NCBI GenBank assembly: GCA_010405405.1
Contig: MU004243.1
Coordinates: 181,340-245,339, forward strand
Direction of reading: 5' to 3'
Length of the DNA stretch: 64,000 bases
Source of the DNA: Microthyrium microscopicum
Lineage: Eukaryota
Shown here: one piece after another, positions 38,753 to 51,293 of the stretch
How positions within the stretch are numbered: the first letter of the stretch is position 1
Layout of the letters: each line of letters opens with the position of its first letter
Notes under the pieces: generated by a model
Database searches by the model: none
The model's input: only the letters and a program-made list of their open reading frames with translations
What the model was told of the DNA's origin: nothing
Translations under genes and position numbers: made by a program

Positions 38753-39886
38753 GCGACGATGATTTAATTGAGGAATGAAAGAACATGAATACGATTATAT
38801 CGTGGAGATGCGAGTAAAATGGTATAAACTTGGATAGGAGGCGCGGGCTAGTTAGTTCCGTACTGATATTGACCACAACATACCATATATAGATCGGGCA
38901 TACTGTAAAGTAGGAAGCTGCCAGTGATATACACAATATAAAACAACTAAACAATTGATTCGATGCTGAAGAGGGAACTTTTTAAGGGAACATGCCATGC
39001 TCATCGTCCAGTGACGGTGATTGACATTGGGATATTTGAAGACAAGAAACCAGATAATCCTTCAGCCTTCATTCGACTCTCTACACAGCTTGAGTATACA
39101 AGCTGTCAGTTCTCTTGATCATAGACTGCCTTGCATATCAAATTGTGACCGAGATAGTTCGCAAAGGTACCTGTTGATATCCTCAATATAGTCGATTGTT
39201 GTCAAACCGAAAGTATAGTTGTCGGGCCAAAAATAACATTAAACAGTCGCTCAAGGCTAGTCTTCAAATATTGAAGATTATCAATATTACCAGCCCGTCG
39301 GGCGCGGGTATGACCAGATTTGCAGCCAGGTAAAAACCACTGCAGAATCTCAAGTGTACAAGATGATTTCACAAGCTTCCAAACGAACAAATTTAAGCAT
39401 GGATACCATGGCCACGCCTACGTACAAGGTTGCTTCCGATACATCCCGTGAATATTTGCTTGCTTGCCATGTGCCGTCAAGGTCCCATCCGTGGACCGGA
39501 GAATTTATCTGTACGCATTTCCTTTCATTGTGCGCACTTTGAAAAGAACAAGTTAGACGACAAAAAATCTTTCCCGATGATTCCGCCATGTGTGAACACT
39601 CAACGAAGCAAAGGCCGTTAAATGCTCTGTGATGGAATCCACTATAGCTTTGTGTATCTGGTGTATAGAATTTGCTTACCCAGCCACCTGGTTGATTTTG
39701 AGTCGATCCACCTCCCAACCACCATGGAAAAGGTTTCAGAACTAGGGAGTCTAAAGCTTTCTTTTGAGTATAGTGTGAGAGATGGCCCACTATAAGTCAG
39801 CACACATGAAACTGTCCTGTAGGCTAACGTGGAACGACATCCGATTGCTCAGATTTCGTTCTATCTTGCACTGAATCGTGCATATA

Positions 39887-40033
39887 CCGTTTTTACCCTT
39901 TCAGTTGGGACATGCTAGCGCGCTTTTTATTGCTGGTGGCGCTCTGAGTTTAGGCAGTGACTCGCTATCGCTCACGGACAAACCTCGCCTAAAAACCCGC
40001 GCTAGCATGTCCCAACTGAAAGGGTAAAAACGG
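39887..40033. mobile_element. 147-bp MITE, Tc1/mariner-pogo type
   Basis: Perfect 36-bp TIRs CCGTTTTTACCCTTTCAGTTGGGACATGCTAGCGCG (39887-39922 and 39998-40033), flanked by TA on both sides. Confidence 0.85.
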
Positions 40034-43000
40034 TATCAAGGTGCGAAACATTTTTCTTGCATGATCACCGCGGTTCCTGCTTAGCGTTGGTATGGTCGAC
40101 TTAAGCACAGGGGCTACTGCTAGTTTGCATTGACCAGTTTGGATATAGTTTGTAACTCTCGAAATTTCCGCTTTCGGCTTTCCAAGATACCAGGTATCGT
40201 GATGAAAAATTGAATCAATCTTTACGTGAACCTAGATCTCTCGTCTCATTTGAAGATTGGTCGCATTTAGTATGCTTCATTTCTATATGTTATTGCACTT
40301 TTCAGATATCGTGGTTCATGGGAACGAGCAAGCTGTGGAAAAGTCAGGACGTTCGAGGTACCATCGGAGTTCAATCAAACATACAAAATCTAGGCAATCA
40401 TTGGACTACCAACGGTGATCCCGAGGGCACAAGTCAAACCTTGTTGCCATGTGGCGGTGGCATCTTCGGAATGTATTCAACCTTGTGTGCTTCAAATATA
40501 TTGGAAGCTATGAGCAAGTTCACTATTCAATGGCTCGCTTCCGCAACAATACATCAAGAGGCCTGTTCTCAACATTTGTAGAAGCGCAAGCGACTGAATG
40601 ATTTAAGATTTGATAGTCATTGTACTTTAGGCACTTATTTATTCAAGGGCTGTATTTCCATAAACACAATGTAACTATGGTTCTAGAAGATGAGAATAGT
40701 TTCAAGGCCGGGGTATCATAAAATAATTCCTTCTCCTTTGGTTCGCCATCTTTATACAAGGCCACGTGGGTTGACACAACCTGACAGGGAATACTAATTC
40801 ACTCCTGGTTGATATGAAACGTTAGCGGCGTTTTTACCCTGACAACGGCCTTGATAAATGCTTGGAGTCTTAAGCTTGGTGGTGTTGAGTATCATAAAGT
40901 GTTAGCATGACGACTGAACGCTCTGATCTCAACATTTGCTTTAGAGAAATCGTCTCAAAAATGCTCGCATATGCTGAGCACAGAACACGAAAGAAACCAC
41001 CATCCTACTGATCATCTCGTAATTCTTGGATATCTGGATATCTAAATCCTTCAATGTACAGATGATCGTCACGTCAGGTTTTCCATGGCTTTCCTGTTGT
41101 GACGATCAAGCCAAATGTTAACCGAACAGTCCATCTGCAGAACGAAGATGGGATGACCTTGACATGAGGCTCCAGCTACTACTCTTAAACCCTGCGGTGC
41201 TTCAACCGTGCTTGCTAAACAACCAACCTTGCCCTTTTCAGCCATCGCGCGAAAAGGGCAGGTCAGAAAAGTTGATCGATGAAAGATAGATGTGCTTCCT
41301 GTATTGGAAGGTTTGATGCCATGCTTCTATTACAGCCTTGTCACTCGCGGACGATATGACAATTCTGGTACGGAACTTGAAAGATGATCTACGCAAGCGC
41401 AACAAGCTCGGAACCCTGCCCAAAGTTTGACTCTATTTCAGCTTGGACATCAAGCTCCAATGATGGATCCAATTTCTGGGCCAACAAAATAGCTGGGACG
41501 TTTCCGTACTCCTTAAATTGGCCAAAGCTTTTGATCTTCAATGCATGGAAACGCTAGAAACTTCAGTCATTATTGTGAGGATTTGATAGCATCGATATAC
41601 CTGGAATATCATGTCGGGCATAGGGAAAAAGCAATGCATAGACTGAGGATCTTGATAAGATACAAATTGAGGCAGTCGAGATCTGTTGGAATTGTTACTT
41701 TAGCTTAAGATTTGCAATGTGATCCGAGCACATAGCTGCATAGAATTTGTTTGAGCGACAAGTCAATGGTATCTCGTGAGCAGCTTCAGGCCATCACACT
41801 ATCATCATTGGTCAAGTTTTGGTGTAACGACTAGCGATTTTTCGATTCGCATCGTGATTGTTTGGTTCAAGAATCGCAAGTGGGGCGGGTGTAAGCACAA
41901 ATTGCTCGCTTGCAAAAGAAAGACTGGATAGACCACGGGCCGAATCGTCGGGTGGACTAGAGATTTCCACAATTGGTGTGGAGGATGACAATTTGACAAG
42001 AACAGCAAACATGAGAAGGAAGTGTTTGCTCTGAGTAAGCAAGTCCTTACAATAAGTGCATTGGTACCGAATACCGATTAGTGGCAATGGGATTTACTTG
42101 TACTAACCAGTGATAGAAAGCTCTGTACTGGGCGATTGCATGTGTGCGAGTGGAGAATTGACCGCCCGTTGACCCGCTGGCGTTTTTGTAGCCCTTTCTC
42201 AGAAGACACAATAACGGATGGAGACTGTAGCGGGACGTGTATATCCGTAAGAGGCAAGCAGAGCAAATATCTGATGCTGAAGTTAGAGAGGCTGTTAATT
42301 CACTGAATTAACAGCGGCTGATGGGCGCGGTAAGTGAAAGTCGCTACAAAGTACCGCGTACATGACAGCCCTGGGCAGTAGGCAGATGGTAGAAAATACA
42401 TGTTTATATCGCGATTGCGGCTTGCGTTTGCTGAAGGATTCAAGAAGACCTGGTCCCTGTGGCGCGAGCGAAAGCGAATCATGATCGTGGTCAAACTTGG
42501 TTACAACTGGTCCTGTTCCTCGTTGGTGTGCCCACTGTCCGTCGACTTACGACTTAGTACCTTAACGACTTTCCGTCGGCTGTATGCAACCAGTTGCCGT
42601 TCTGCGCCCATGTACGGAGGAAAAGTCCCAATTTGTACACTTGCTCATTGTGATGCATTCTCTCCTAGTACCCAGCAACCAAATGATACAGAAGCCAGCA
42701 GGTTGCGAAGACTGGGAAGACTGGCACGACTGGCCAGAGTTCTGAAAGGCATACGCTGTGGGTAGCTGCCACAAAGCCCACGCATTTCTTGATGGATGCA
42801 GTGTTGGCTCCAGCTGGACTGGCAAGCATGAAGCTGCGGCCTAAGATGTACGAGTTTCAGCACGCTCACGGGTTTGGCTGGATTGCTGCATTAGAGGCAT
42901 TGGCTTTTGGCCTCTGGCTTTTTGGCGATGCGGTTCGCCTTTCGCCAGACCATGCTGCAATGCACGAGTTTGTAGAGTTACTAGGCTCTTTGAGCACTGA

Positions 43001-46000
43001 GCACTCTTGAACTTTAAAACCTGGTACCTTACACATGTATTTGAAGAGGTGCTAGGTTTCTAGACTCTTTCCTGTATATTCTTTTACAACCTTCACTGCC
43101 AAACTGTCCAAGTTTACGACATAACATTGTTGGGTTATTTTTGTCAACGCAACAACTCTTGAACCTTACCAGTACATACTATTTGTTCTAGACACTATAG
43201 CATTACTATCAAGAGCTTCTTCTGGCTCCTGGATCAACAGGTCAAATCACGACTGGCTTGACTGGTCAATTGGCGACTGGAGGAAAACCCCCTTGTTTTC
43301 TGGCTGCTTAATACGGATAAGATTCCTTGCCTGCAACGCGGAAAAGGCCTGTCCTACCAACTACCCAGACGCACTCGACGTCGCAAACGTGCAATTAATT
43401 CTTTATCCACAAAGTACCGTCATTTCGGGCCCTGTCACTGCTTGCACTGGCTTGCCTCTGGCTCGTCTGGCTTGACTCTCTGAATCTGTCTCTATAAAAC
43501 ATCCTTCAGAGCCCTGGCCGCTTCTTAGATTCCCTGGTCTTTCAAAACCAACCGTCGATCCTGCCCCCTTCTGTTTCTGCTTCATTGTTCAGCGCTTTAC
43601 TATTGCTCTGCTATTTCTCTCATCTCAACATCCTTTCCCTCTTGCAATCTCAGTGTTCACTATTGCGGGTGATCTGGCTTTGCCTACTACATCATACCGA
43701 TCATACGTACAATCATACGTACTCCAAGCTCGAATCATATTCTGGACTATTCGTACTACTCTCAGACTCAAAGTGCCTGGCATAAGCGTCACTGACCACT
43801 TAGAGCCGCCACCATAAACCTCTAATCAACACTCGAATTTCTTGTCAACTTTTTGGCGTACATCAACATTGCCCTACCTTTCCTACCCACACGATCGACT
43901 GAGCTTGCGTCAACTTGAGCCTCCTTGCCTACGCCCCACAGCGCTACCTTCAGCTTTCCAACCAACCACGACCCAATCCACCAAAATTTAACTTCTACCG
44001 ATTCGAACAAGTATCTGAAAATATGTGTCAAAAATTCGTTCGCATTTGGCTGTGCGATCATGTCACTTACGACGTTGCACCATGTTCAACATCCCGCGCA
44101 AGAGGAACAACTTGCACCGGCAGCGACGTCAAAAGACGGGAAATAAAACATGACGAAAAGTGCGATCAATGTAGATGACAGGTATGTTACCGAATCCTCA
44201 AATTGCCACAGCGGAAGCGCTTTCATTTGCTCAGGTGGTCAATTGGCTGCACGAACAACACTTTTGCTAACGCAATCACTAGCACTATCACCACACGACC
44301 CCATAGACGAAGCAGCGACAATATATGGGCGAATTCGTCGCATTGCTATTCTCTTTTTGTCTCTCACACCGCGTAGTCGCGGACGACAGCTACGAGAGTT
44401 TTCCGAGTATCGCTATCACCTACACCCTCCCATGATTCATGGAGATACTCAATTCCCGGCAAATGTTCCTACCACCCTCCAATTTGCCCACATTTCATCC
44501 CACACCACCTTGTCATTTTTACTTCGTTATCACTCAGCGCGCCTCGGAACGAGTCACCGCCCTTAAAAACTCTCACGGCCGACATCTTGACCAAAGCGAT
44601 ACGGTGAATTTTCGCAACAGCATTTCCAGGCGTTGGATGGCATCAGATTCTTCCAGAATGGGAAAAAAGTTGAGCCGGCGTTAGGAAATCAACGGCTGAT
44701 CGCAAGATCATGGCTCATTCTTCCAACTATTCTTTTCATGTGTTTTTCCATTTCTTGTTTACTTCCACTACTGAACCCTGTACTAATTGGCCCAGAAGGG
44801 GCACAGGCGAAGGCATTGAGTACATGCACCAGACTATAACGGGACGGATCGTTCAAAAAGAGAGAGGGAGAACAAAAAAATGGCTTCACATGCAAAGCGT
44901 TAAGGATGGCAATGTGGAAACAGCAAGGCCCCCGTCCCTACCTCCTCTACTCTTCCCTCCTAGTCCTGCTGCAAACTGTGCAGGCACTGCAGCTTCTCCC
45001 TGTCATACAGGAATTGCTCACGAATAACATCTATTCAAACTTCACAAGTTCTTTCTGGGCGTGCGACATTCTGCTGATGTAACGAATACTGGTGGGCATT
45101 GCGAACATGCCCATACGGTAACGTGTTTCCTTTTTCCTTGGTTTGCGTGGGATGAGATCCTTCACTTGTTTCTACTTTTGTACCAATACCCCCATATTTA
45201 TCGAAGCGCATTACTTGTGCAGTGCATCAAATCCGAGTCGTCAATTATCATTGGCAACCCCCCAGATTCCTCATCTTCCCTTGCAAAGCCATAGAAATTT
45301 GGAAGCCGGCATAAGCCGTTACAACGATAAATACAATGGTATGTGAGACCTGAGCAACAGCTGTTTCGACACACACACACTAGACTGTAAGCTCACGAAG
45401 TGAGCCATTTGAGATTTCCTATTTGGTAGAGCTGCGTGGTCTGGCAAGGATTAAAAAGGGCTGATCAAGGAACAAACCATGAGACTTTGGCGTGACAGGA
45501 GCCGTTGGACAACGTTAGGGAGCCGTTAAGCCGTTGCATCCGCGGCTAATGTGGCCCATTGCACCAAAGTACAACGATGCTGCAGCCAGCCTCGCCAATC
45601 GCATTTTGGTATCGCTCGTCTCACAAACCAGTCAAACTGTCAGTCGGAAGCTAAGTTTTTGAAGCTAGCTTGATAGAATAGCTTAACAACTTGATCGTTT
45701 GCGTGTGTCGCAGCCGGTCGCTATCACTCGCCGTGGATCGTTCTTCATCCAGACTCTAAACCGATGGACTTTTTGGTCCTCATTACTTTCTGGTGCGTGT
45801 GCCTGTTTGTCAGTTCAGAGACAGCCAAGAGGCTGCTCGACTGAATTTTTTGCCAAGCGATTGGTACTTGCTGACGTTTCCACGGCTTTGGTGTTCAACT
45901 TGCCACGGGTTGCGGGTTGACTTGCTCCGTAGCGTGTACGGATTCACTGAGTGGTAAGAGAGTTTGGGACAGAGAGGCTTGAGAGGTAGTAGTCAGCCAA

Positions 46001-47088
46001 ACTACACCAGATCCAGCTTATTTTTTGCTTGTCTCTCCACAAGTGAATTTGCTATTCTCCACAGTCCTAATAATAATCAGGTTGGTTTCGTTTTCATAAC
46101 CGCGACGCTTAAGCATGAACTTGCAGCACTCTCGCTTCAGCCCACCAACGACGTGCGATGGAACAGCCTGGCCATAAAGCCTGAGTGGACGACCAATGGG
46201 CGATTGGACAAAGCTGTCGCAAAGACAGCTTTAACGTTTACGAGCTTGCCACGATCGGTTTGTTAGAGAAAGTACATATGCAATGGTGCTCTCTAACGGC
46301 TTCCAGGGTCCATACCTTGCTGGCTGTCACATCAAGAAGCTCAACTGCTGTGCGTTGTTTCTCCAATCGCGTCAAAAAAAGGCACCGTCACGTTGGACAG
46401 CGTAGAAAGGATGCACAACAAGCTGATGTCTAATTATTGCCCTGTTGGGTTGTCGTGTTCTTACCTCAAGGGTCCTCTTTTGCAAGAATTGAAATATCCC
46501 ATTACTTTTTCCCGCCCTTTCCATCTAAAGAACCCACTGGACGGGCCGCCCCGTCTGAAGCCATGGTTCTATCCTAGCAGTAACAAACATCTTGCTGGGC
46601 TTCACGATCATTAGCTTTATTCTATCTGATCCAGTTTAGCTACCCGACGGACGAAACTTGTATCACTACTGTTCAATCGCGAAAATCTGTCCAAAGTGCG
46701 CACTTAGCATCCTTGAAAACACGTCATAACGCGTCGAGGCGATTTGCCAACAACTGCGCGTAGAACAGCGAAGACAGGGCGTCGGTCGAAGCCAAGTGTC
46801 AAGACGTCGTAGGAGCAATTATGTTAATTGATTTCTCCTTCATGTTTTGGCAGTCAAGGGTGATGCGAGGAAGGGAAAGGAATGGTTGAGCAAATTGGCA
46901 AGGCGTGCCATGTGCGGTCCGCGACCGCAACCGCTGTAAGGCTTCCGAGCCTAATAACGCAGATCTGTTATTGTCATGATAATCCCTCAAAAAGATATTC
47001 CAGACAAGTGTTCGAATTCTAGTTCATTTCAGTACAGGCTATAGTGGTGTACAGCCATGAATTTATCAGATACTAGTAGTATGCATAG

Positions 47089-47732
47089 GGCCAATGTTAA
47101 TCCGCCACCCCAAAAACACTATCCCGCCACCCCAAAATCACTATCCCGCCTCTATAGTAATCTAGATCAGCTGCTAGTCCTAAATAGGAAATAAATATGT
47201 CTCTTTTGCTACTTATTAGGATTAGTATCGCTAAGTATACTTACTTATCTTAATATTACTAAAATCCTAACTTTATTATTAGAATTATAGGTACTTTAAG
47301 TTAAGATAGTACTTATACGTAGAGCGTATAAAGAATATAGATGAGGTAGAAAATGCGAATCTTATAGAGGAACTATAATACTATTAATTTATAAAGGTCG
47401 TAGTAGTAGAGGAATAACTATATTAGCTTTACGGAGTTAAGTATAGTAGTAGAGAATCAGCTATTTGTACTTTAAATAGCATTAATTTTAATTAAAATAG
47501 CTTTAAGATAGAGTAATTACTATGGGTAGTAGATAGTAATAAAAGTTATACTTTAAGATTTATACTACTTAAGTGCTAGGAGCGCTAATAGCGCTAACGG
47601 CATAACTGTACGCTAGCACTTATTACTTCTAGAAAGTAGAAACTATATATATTTCCTATTTGGGACTAGCAGCTGATCTGGATTACTATGGAGGCGGGAT
47701 AGTATTTTTAGGGTGGCGGATTAACATTGGCC
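47089..47732. mobile_element. 644-bp non-autonomous Mutator-like (MULE) element, RIP-mutated
   Basis: Long TIRs starting GGCCAATGTTAATCCGCCACCC. 9-bp direct repeat TATGCATAG at 47080-47088 and 47733-47741. AT/TpA-rich interior. Confidence 0.85.
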
Positions 47733-47851
47733 TATGCATAGCACGCAGCACAGCGCAGGACCCAGCAGAAGGTAGTATACCGCCTTCACGACTTGACATG
47801 TCTTCCCGCGGTTATATTCAGAATCAGCTTGTTGAGTAAAAGATATGGGAA

Positions 47852-48214
47852 TGGGGATGGTCAGCAAGCAGTATTTCTGCAGAATTCTTCTGCTTTGTTT
47901 CTAGCCAAAAATAGGTTAAGTAGCATTAAAAGCTGGTACTGAGTGAATATTAAACTAAAAGAGCGCGCTTATATATTTTGGCCTGTGGTAAATAAGCTAA
48001 TGAATCTAGAGTAAGAACTACTACGCGCCTATAGAGTGTTACTATATTTATTTAGGTAGCTACTATGCCTATTTAGGGAGAAGAATTTGAGGTCGTGACG
48101 CTAATGCTAAGGTCTAGCGTTGTGAGCTTAAATTCTTCTTCTAGCTATTTTGGGTTAGTAATTACCGCTAAAATGAGAAGAATTCTGTAGGAATTCTGCT
48201 GCTAACCATCCCTA
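47852..48214. mobile_element. Degraded hAT-like MITE
   Basis: Imperfect ~38-bp TIRs T(G/A)GGGATGGT(C/T)AGCA..CAGAATTCTTC and an internal hairpin at ~48080-48140. No clean TSD. Confidence 0.55.
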
Positions 48215-48236
48215 ATAAGTATATTTTCATACATAC

Positions 48237-48620
48237 TAGTGTTGTAATAAATTGAATAGTATTCTAAATATAAATAAATAGGGAATAGCGCTAAATAGTA
48301 GCGTATTCTAAATACTAATAAATATTAGTAAGGAATACACTAATGAATTATTCATAATACTTTTACTAATAAATTTGCAATAGCGCCTATCTATGCGTTT
48401 CTATAGTAATTCCTTAGCAACCCTTTGGCGATTTCTTAGCAAAGCTTCTAATCTCTACATTACTAACTTAGCGATAAGACTTAGCTTTGCTTACTAATTT
48501 AGGAACGAATCTCTAAATATATTCATAATATTCACTCTAGTTATTTAGAATATGCTAAGGCGCTATTTAGAATAGTAGCGTATTCTAAATTAGATTATTT
48601 ACGTATTTATTATAATACTA
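48237..48620. mobile_element. 384-bp hAT-type MITE, RIP-mutated
   Basis: TIRs TAGTGTTGTAATAAAT / ATTTATTATAATACTA. Exact 8-bp TSD ATACATAC (48229-48236, 48621-48628). Repeated subterminal TATTCTAAAT motifs. Confidence 0.82.
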
Positions 48621-49443
48621 ATACATACTATTAATTTACATTTATATTTACATTTAGCCATAGTCCACTCATGATTAAGACCAAAATAGCTTATACTAAA
48701 TATTAGTCAGTGGCCTTATGAAATCTAATATACTTTCTTAAGATCCTACCTTTCAACTAATTGCGATATTTAAATCTACAACATATAAATAAAACATGAA
48801 ATAAAATATTGGGACGCCGGTATAGAATCGCTTCATTCCACGAAACAGAGGCTTTCGATCCTTCAATGCGAGACTGAGCCTAGTACTCTAGAAGACATTG
48901 AGGTAATCTTGCCCAAAATTGAAATAATATGTCAACCTTTCCAGGATTACCACGAAATGGCAACCCCATGGGGATATGCGCACAGACCATCCAGAATTTT
49001 GATGTCACTTCACCTGTTGAACTCGACCCTGCTTCCTGATCCTCGACATCTCACTCTCTAGTCTCTTCGGTTCAATGCACACCTGGGTGCCTAGAATCCT
49101 CTAATATATGTCACCAACTGATCATACCACACCTAGAACCTCTTTGAGGCCTAGCTCTGACCGCCTCGCCTGGTCACTTTTGCCGCCTCTGTTCCTAGCA
49201 CTCCATATGCGACCAGATCGCTAAGAACAGGACATGTCCAGCCTCTATCACGCCTTTGCCTCATCTCGAGCTAGCCAGGGTACCCATATTCACTTGCTGC
49301 AACTTCTCAGGTCAGTTATCCCTCCCGAGCCTTACTCTTCAAGCTTATCTCTACTGTAGCGAAACTCGGGTACAATACCATATGCCCACCGGATAAATTT
49401 TGTGACTTGGCAAAATCCTTTGCTACCATCGGGGTAACTGATC

Positions 49444-50703
49444 ATGTCAGTCGAGATCCAATGGGAGACCTTGACTGGCGGGCCTGAAGGAGAAAAGCTG
49501 GCCGAGTCTATCCGACAATTCATCCACGACAGATTCCAGACTATTCCGCTTCCCCGGTTTATTCATTCTGTCAAAGTACTAGCGTTCAACTTTGGAGATC
49601 AGCCACCACAAATTGAAGTCAAGGATGTCTGTGACCCTCTGCCCGACTTTTACGAAGAAGACGATGATGATGCACGGAGTGCCCACAGCAATGCCAGCCA
49701 AACCACCGACGAACGAATCCGGGAGAAAGGCACTGCTCCCGCCTCAGGGGTCCCTGGCTCATCTGCAAATTCCCAGCAGCGTAATAGCAACTTCGAAGAC
49801 AACCTCAATGCGGCTGGAAATCTCCATCACAGAGGAGAAGTGCGACATGGCCACTCATTGTCAGCTCATATACCAGCTGCGCAACCATCTCAGCGACCAA
49901 TATCACTAACCCATCCCCTGGATATTACCCTTCCAAGCCCACGATTCTCATCTGGTATTCCAGGCGGCACTACCAATCTATCATACTTCCACCATCATCC
50001 ATATGGTAGTGCAGGCCCGACCACCCCCCTGGCCGCTATGGCCGGCGGGCATTTCACCATGCCCGACCGGCCTACCCATCAGCATTCCACCTCCATAAGT
50101 TCAAGCACTCCGCCCTCTTCAGCGGATCCACCATCCCGTCCGCCCTCGCAACACCAGTCACCAGCCAGTAATCGCTCATCTGCCGCTCCCACTGTCGACC
50201 TTTCCCACTTAGCGTCAGAGCGCGCAACTTCACCAGCACCACCGGAACGTAATCCTGACGACCTCCAAGTAGTTGCTCACGTGCGCTATCACGGGCCTAT
50301 GAGTCTAGTCGTCACGGCTGAAATACTGCTCGACTATCCAATGCCCAGCTTCGTTGGCATCCCATTAACGTTGCACATAACTGGCTTTTCATTTGACGGT
50401 GTAGCCATAGTGGCGTACATCAATCGCAAAGTGAGCTGCTGTTTTCTATCGCCGGAAGACGCCGTGACAGTGATAGGAGCAGGTGGAACGACGAGCGAAG
50501 ATGGTGGCGAGCAGGAAGAGCAGAGAGGCCCGCTAGGTGGGCTATTAGAAGAAGTGCGCGTGGAGAGTGAGATTGGGCTCAAGGATGGGGGCAAGCAAGT
50601 GTTGAAGAATGTGGGCAAGGTTGAAAAATTTGTCTTGGACCAAGTAAGACGCATTTTTGAGGACGAGTTTGTCTTTCCTAGCTTCTGGACATTTTTGGTC
50701 TAG
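49444..50703 (+). CDS. MDM12: ERMES complex subunit Mdm12 (SMP domain)
   Basis: MSVEIQWETL..IHDRFQTIPLPRFI, DVCDPLPDFYE, LDYPMPSFVGIP, VLKNVGKVEKFV and FVFPSFWTFLV. Confidence 0.95.
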   Translation: MSVEIQWETLTGGPEGEKLAESIRQFIHDRFQTIPLPRFIHSVKVLAFNFGDQPPQIEVKDVCDPLPDFYEEDDDDARSAHSNASQTTDERIREKGTAPASGVPGSSANSQQRNSNFEDNLNAAGNLHHRGEVRHGHSLSAHIPAAQPSQRPISLTHPLDITLPSPRFSSGIPGGTTNLSYFHHHPYGSAGPTTPLAAMAGGHFTMPDRPTHQHSTSISSSTPPSSADPPSRPPSQHQSPASNRSSAAPTVDLSHLASERATSPAPPERNPDDLQVVAHVRYHGPMSLVVTAEILLDYPMPSFVGIPLTLHITGFSFDGVAIVAYINRKVSCCFLSPEDAVTVIGAGGTTSEDGGEQEEQRGPLGGLLEEVRVESEIGLKDGGKQVLKNVGKVEKFVLDQVRRIFEDEFVFPSFWTFLV

Positions 50704-51082
50704 AATGTATGCATCAAAGGTTACTACTAAGTACCTCTTAGGACCTTTACTGGTGGAGAAGTTGAAGAATTATACCACCTCTTTGTACTTATGCACATAA
50801 ACCGGTGTACTTTTCACGAACTTTTGTCAAAACCAAACCTTCAAATAGATTTATCACATACATGTTCATTCTAGCTCCTATGAAATAAAGTATACTACGT
50901 GACCATGTAGATTTGCCCCACAGTATCATTTATCTAACCACTAAAAAATGAGAGCCACATTGTTTTAGCAGGAGGTGTTCCGTACCTGTAGCGCATATGG
51001 TCATATACCTACGACTATACTCCACATAACTCGTTCAAAAAAAAGCCTTTTCACATCATGATTCAGAAGCATACATGCAGCC

Positions 51083-51090
51083 AAAAAAAA
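51083..51090 (-). terminator. T8 run, putative Pol III terminator of the tRNA gene
   Basis: Eight Ts on the minus strand, 25 nt after the discriminator base. Confidence 0.6.
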
Positions 51091-51156
51091 CAGAAATGTC
51101 GAATTGACAGATTTTTGACTTGTGCAGGGATCGAACCTGCAATCTCTTGATTCGTA

Positions 51157-51212
51157 CTATGAAATAGTGTTAATAACTGCGTTATTTAAGAGAGTTTGAG
51201 GTGCTAAATTAC
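51157..51212 (-). other. 56-nt GT-AG spliceosomal-type intron in the tRNA anticodon loop (position 32/33)
   Basis: GTAATT...TATTAAC..TTTCATAG. Confidence 0.8.
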
Positions 51213-51240
51213 GTCAAGCGCCTTGCCATTGGGCCAACAA

Positions 51241-51293
51241 CAGAAAGGATGTCAGTAGCTGCGTATTAAACGGAGTTTGAAGTGTCAACTTAC
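51241..51293 (-). other. 53-nt spliceosomal-type intron in the tRNA acceptor stem (position 3/4), ending in TG
   Basis: GTAAGT...TACTGAC ATCCTTTCTG. The upstream GGC is required to complete the acceptor stem. Confidence 0.7.

Noticed and set aside
40829..40840. 12-bp match to the MITE TIR (CGTTTTTACCCT)
   Set aside because: Too short, with no partner TIR or TSD.
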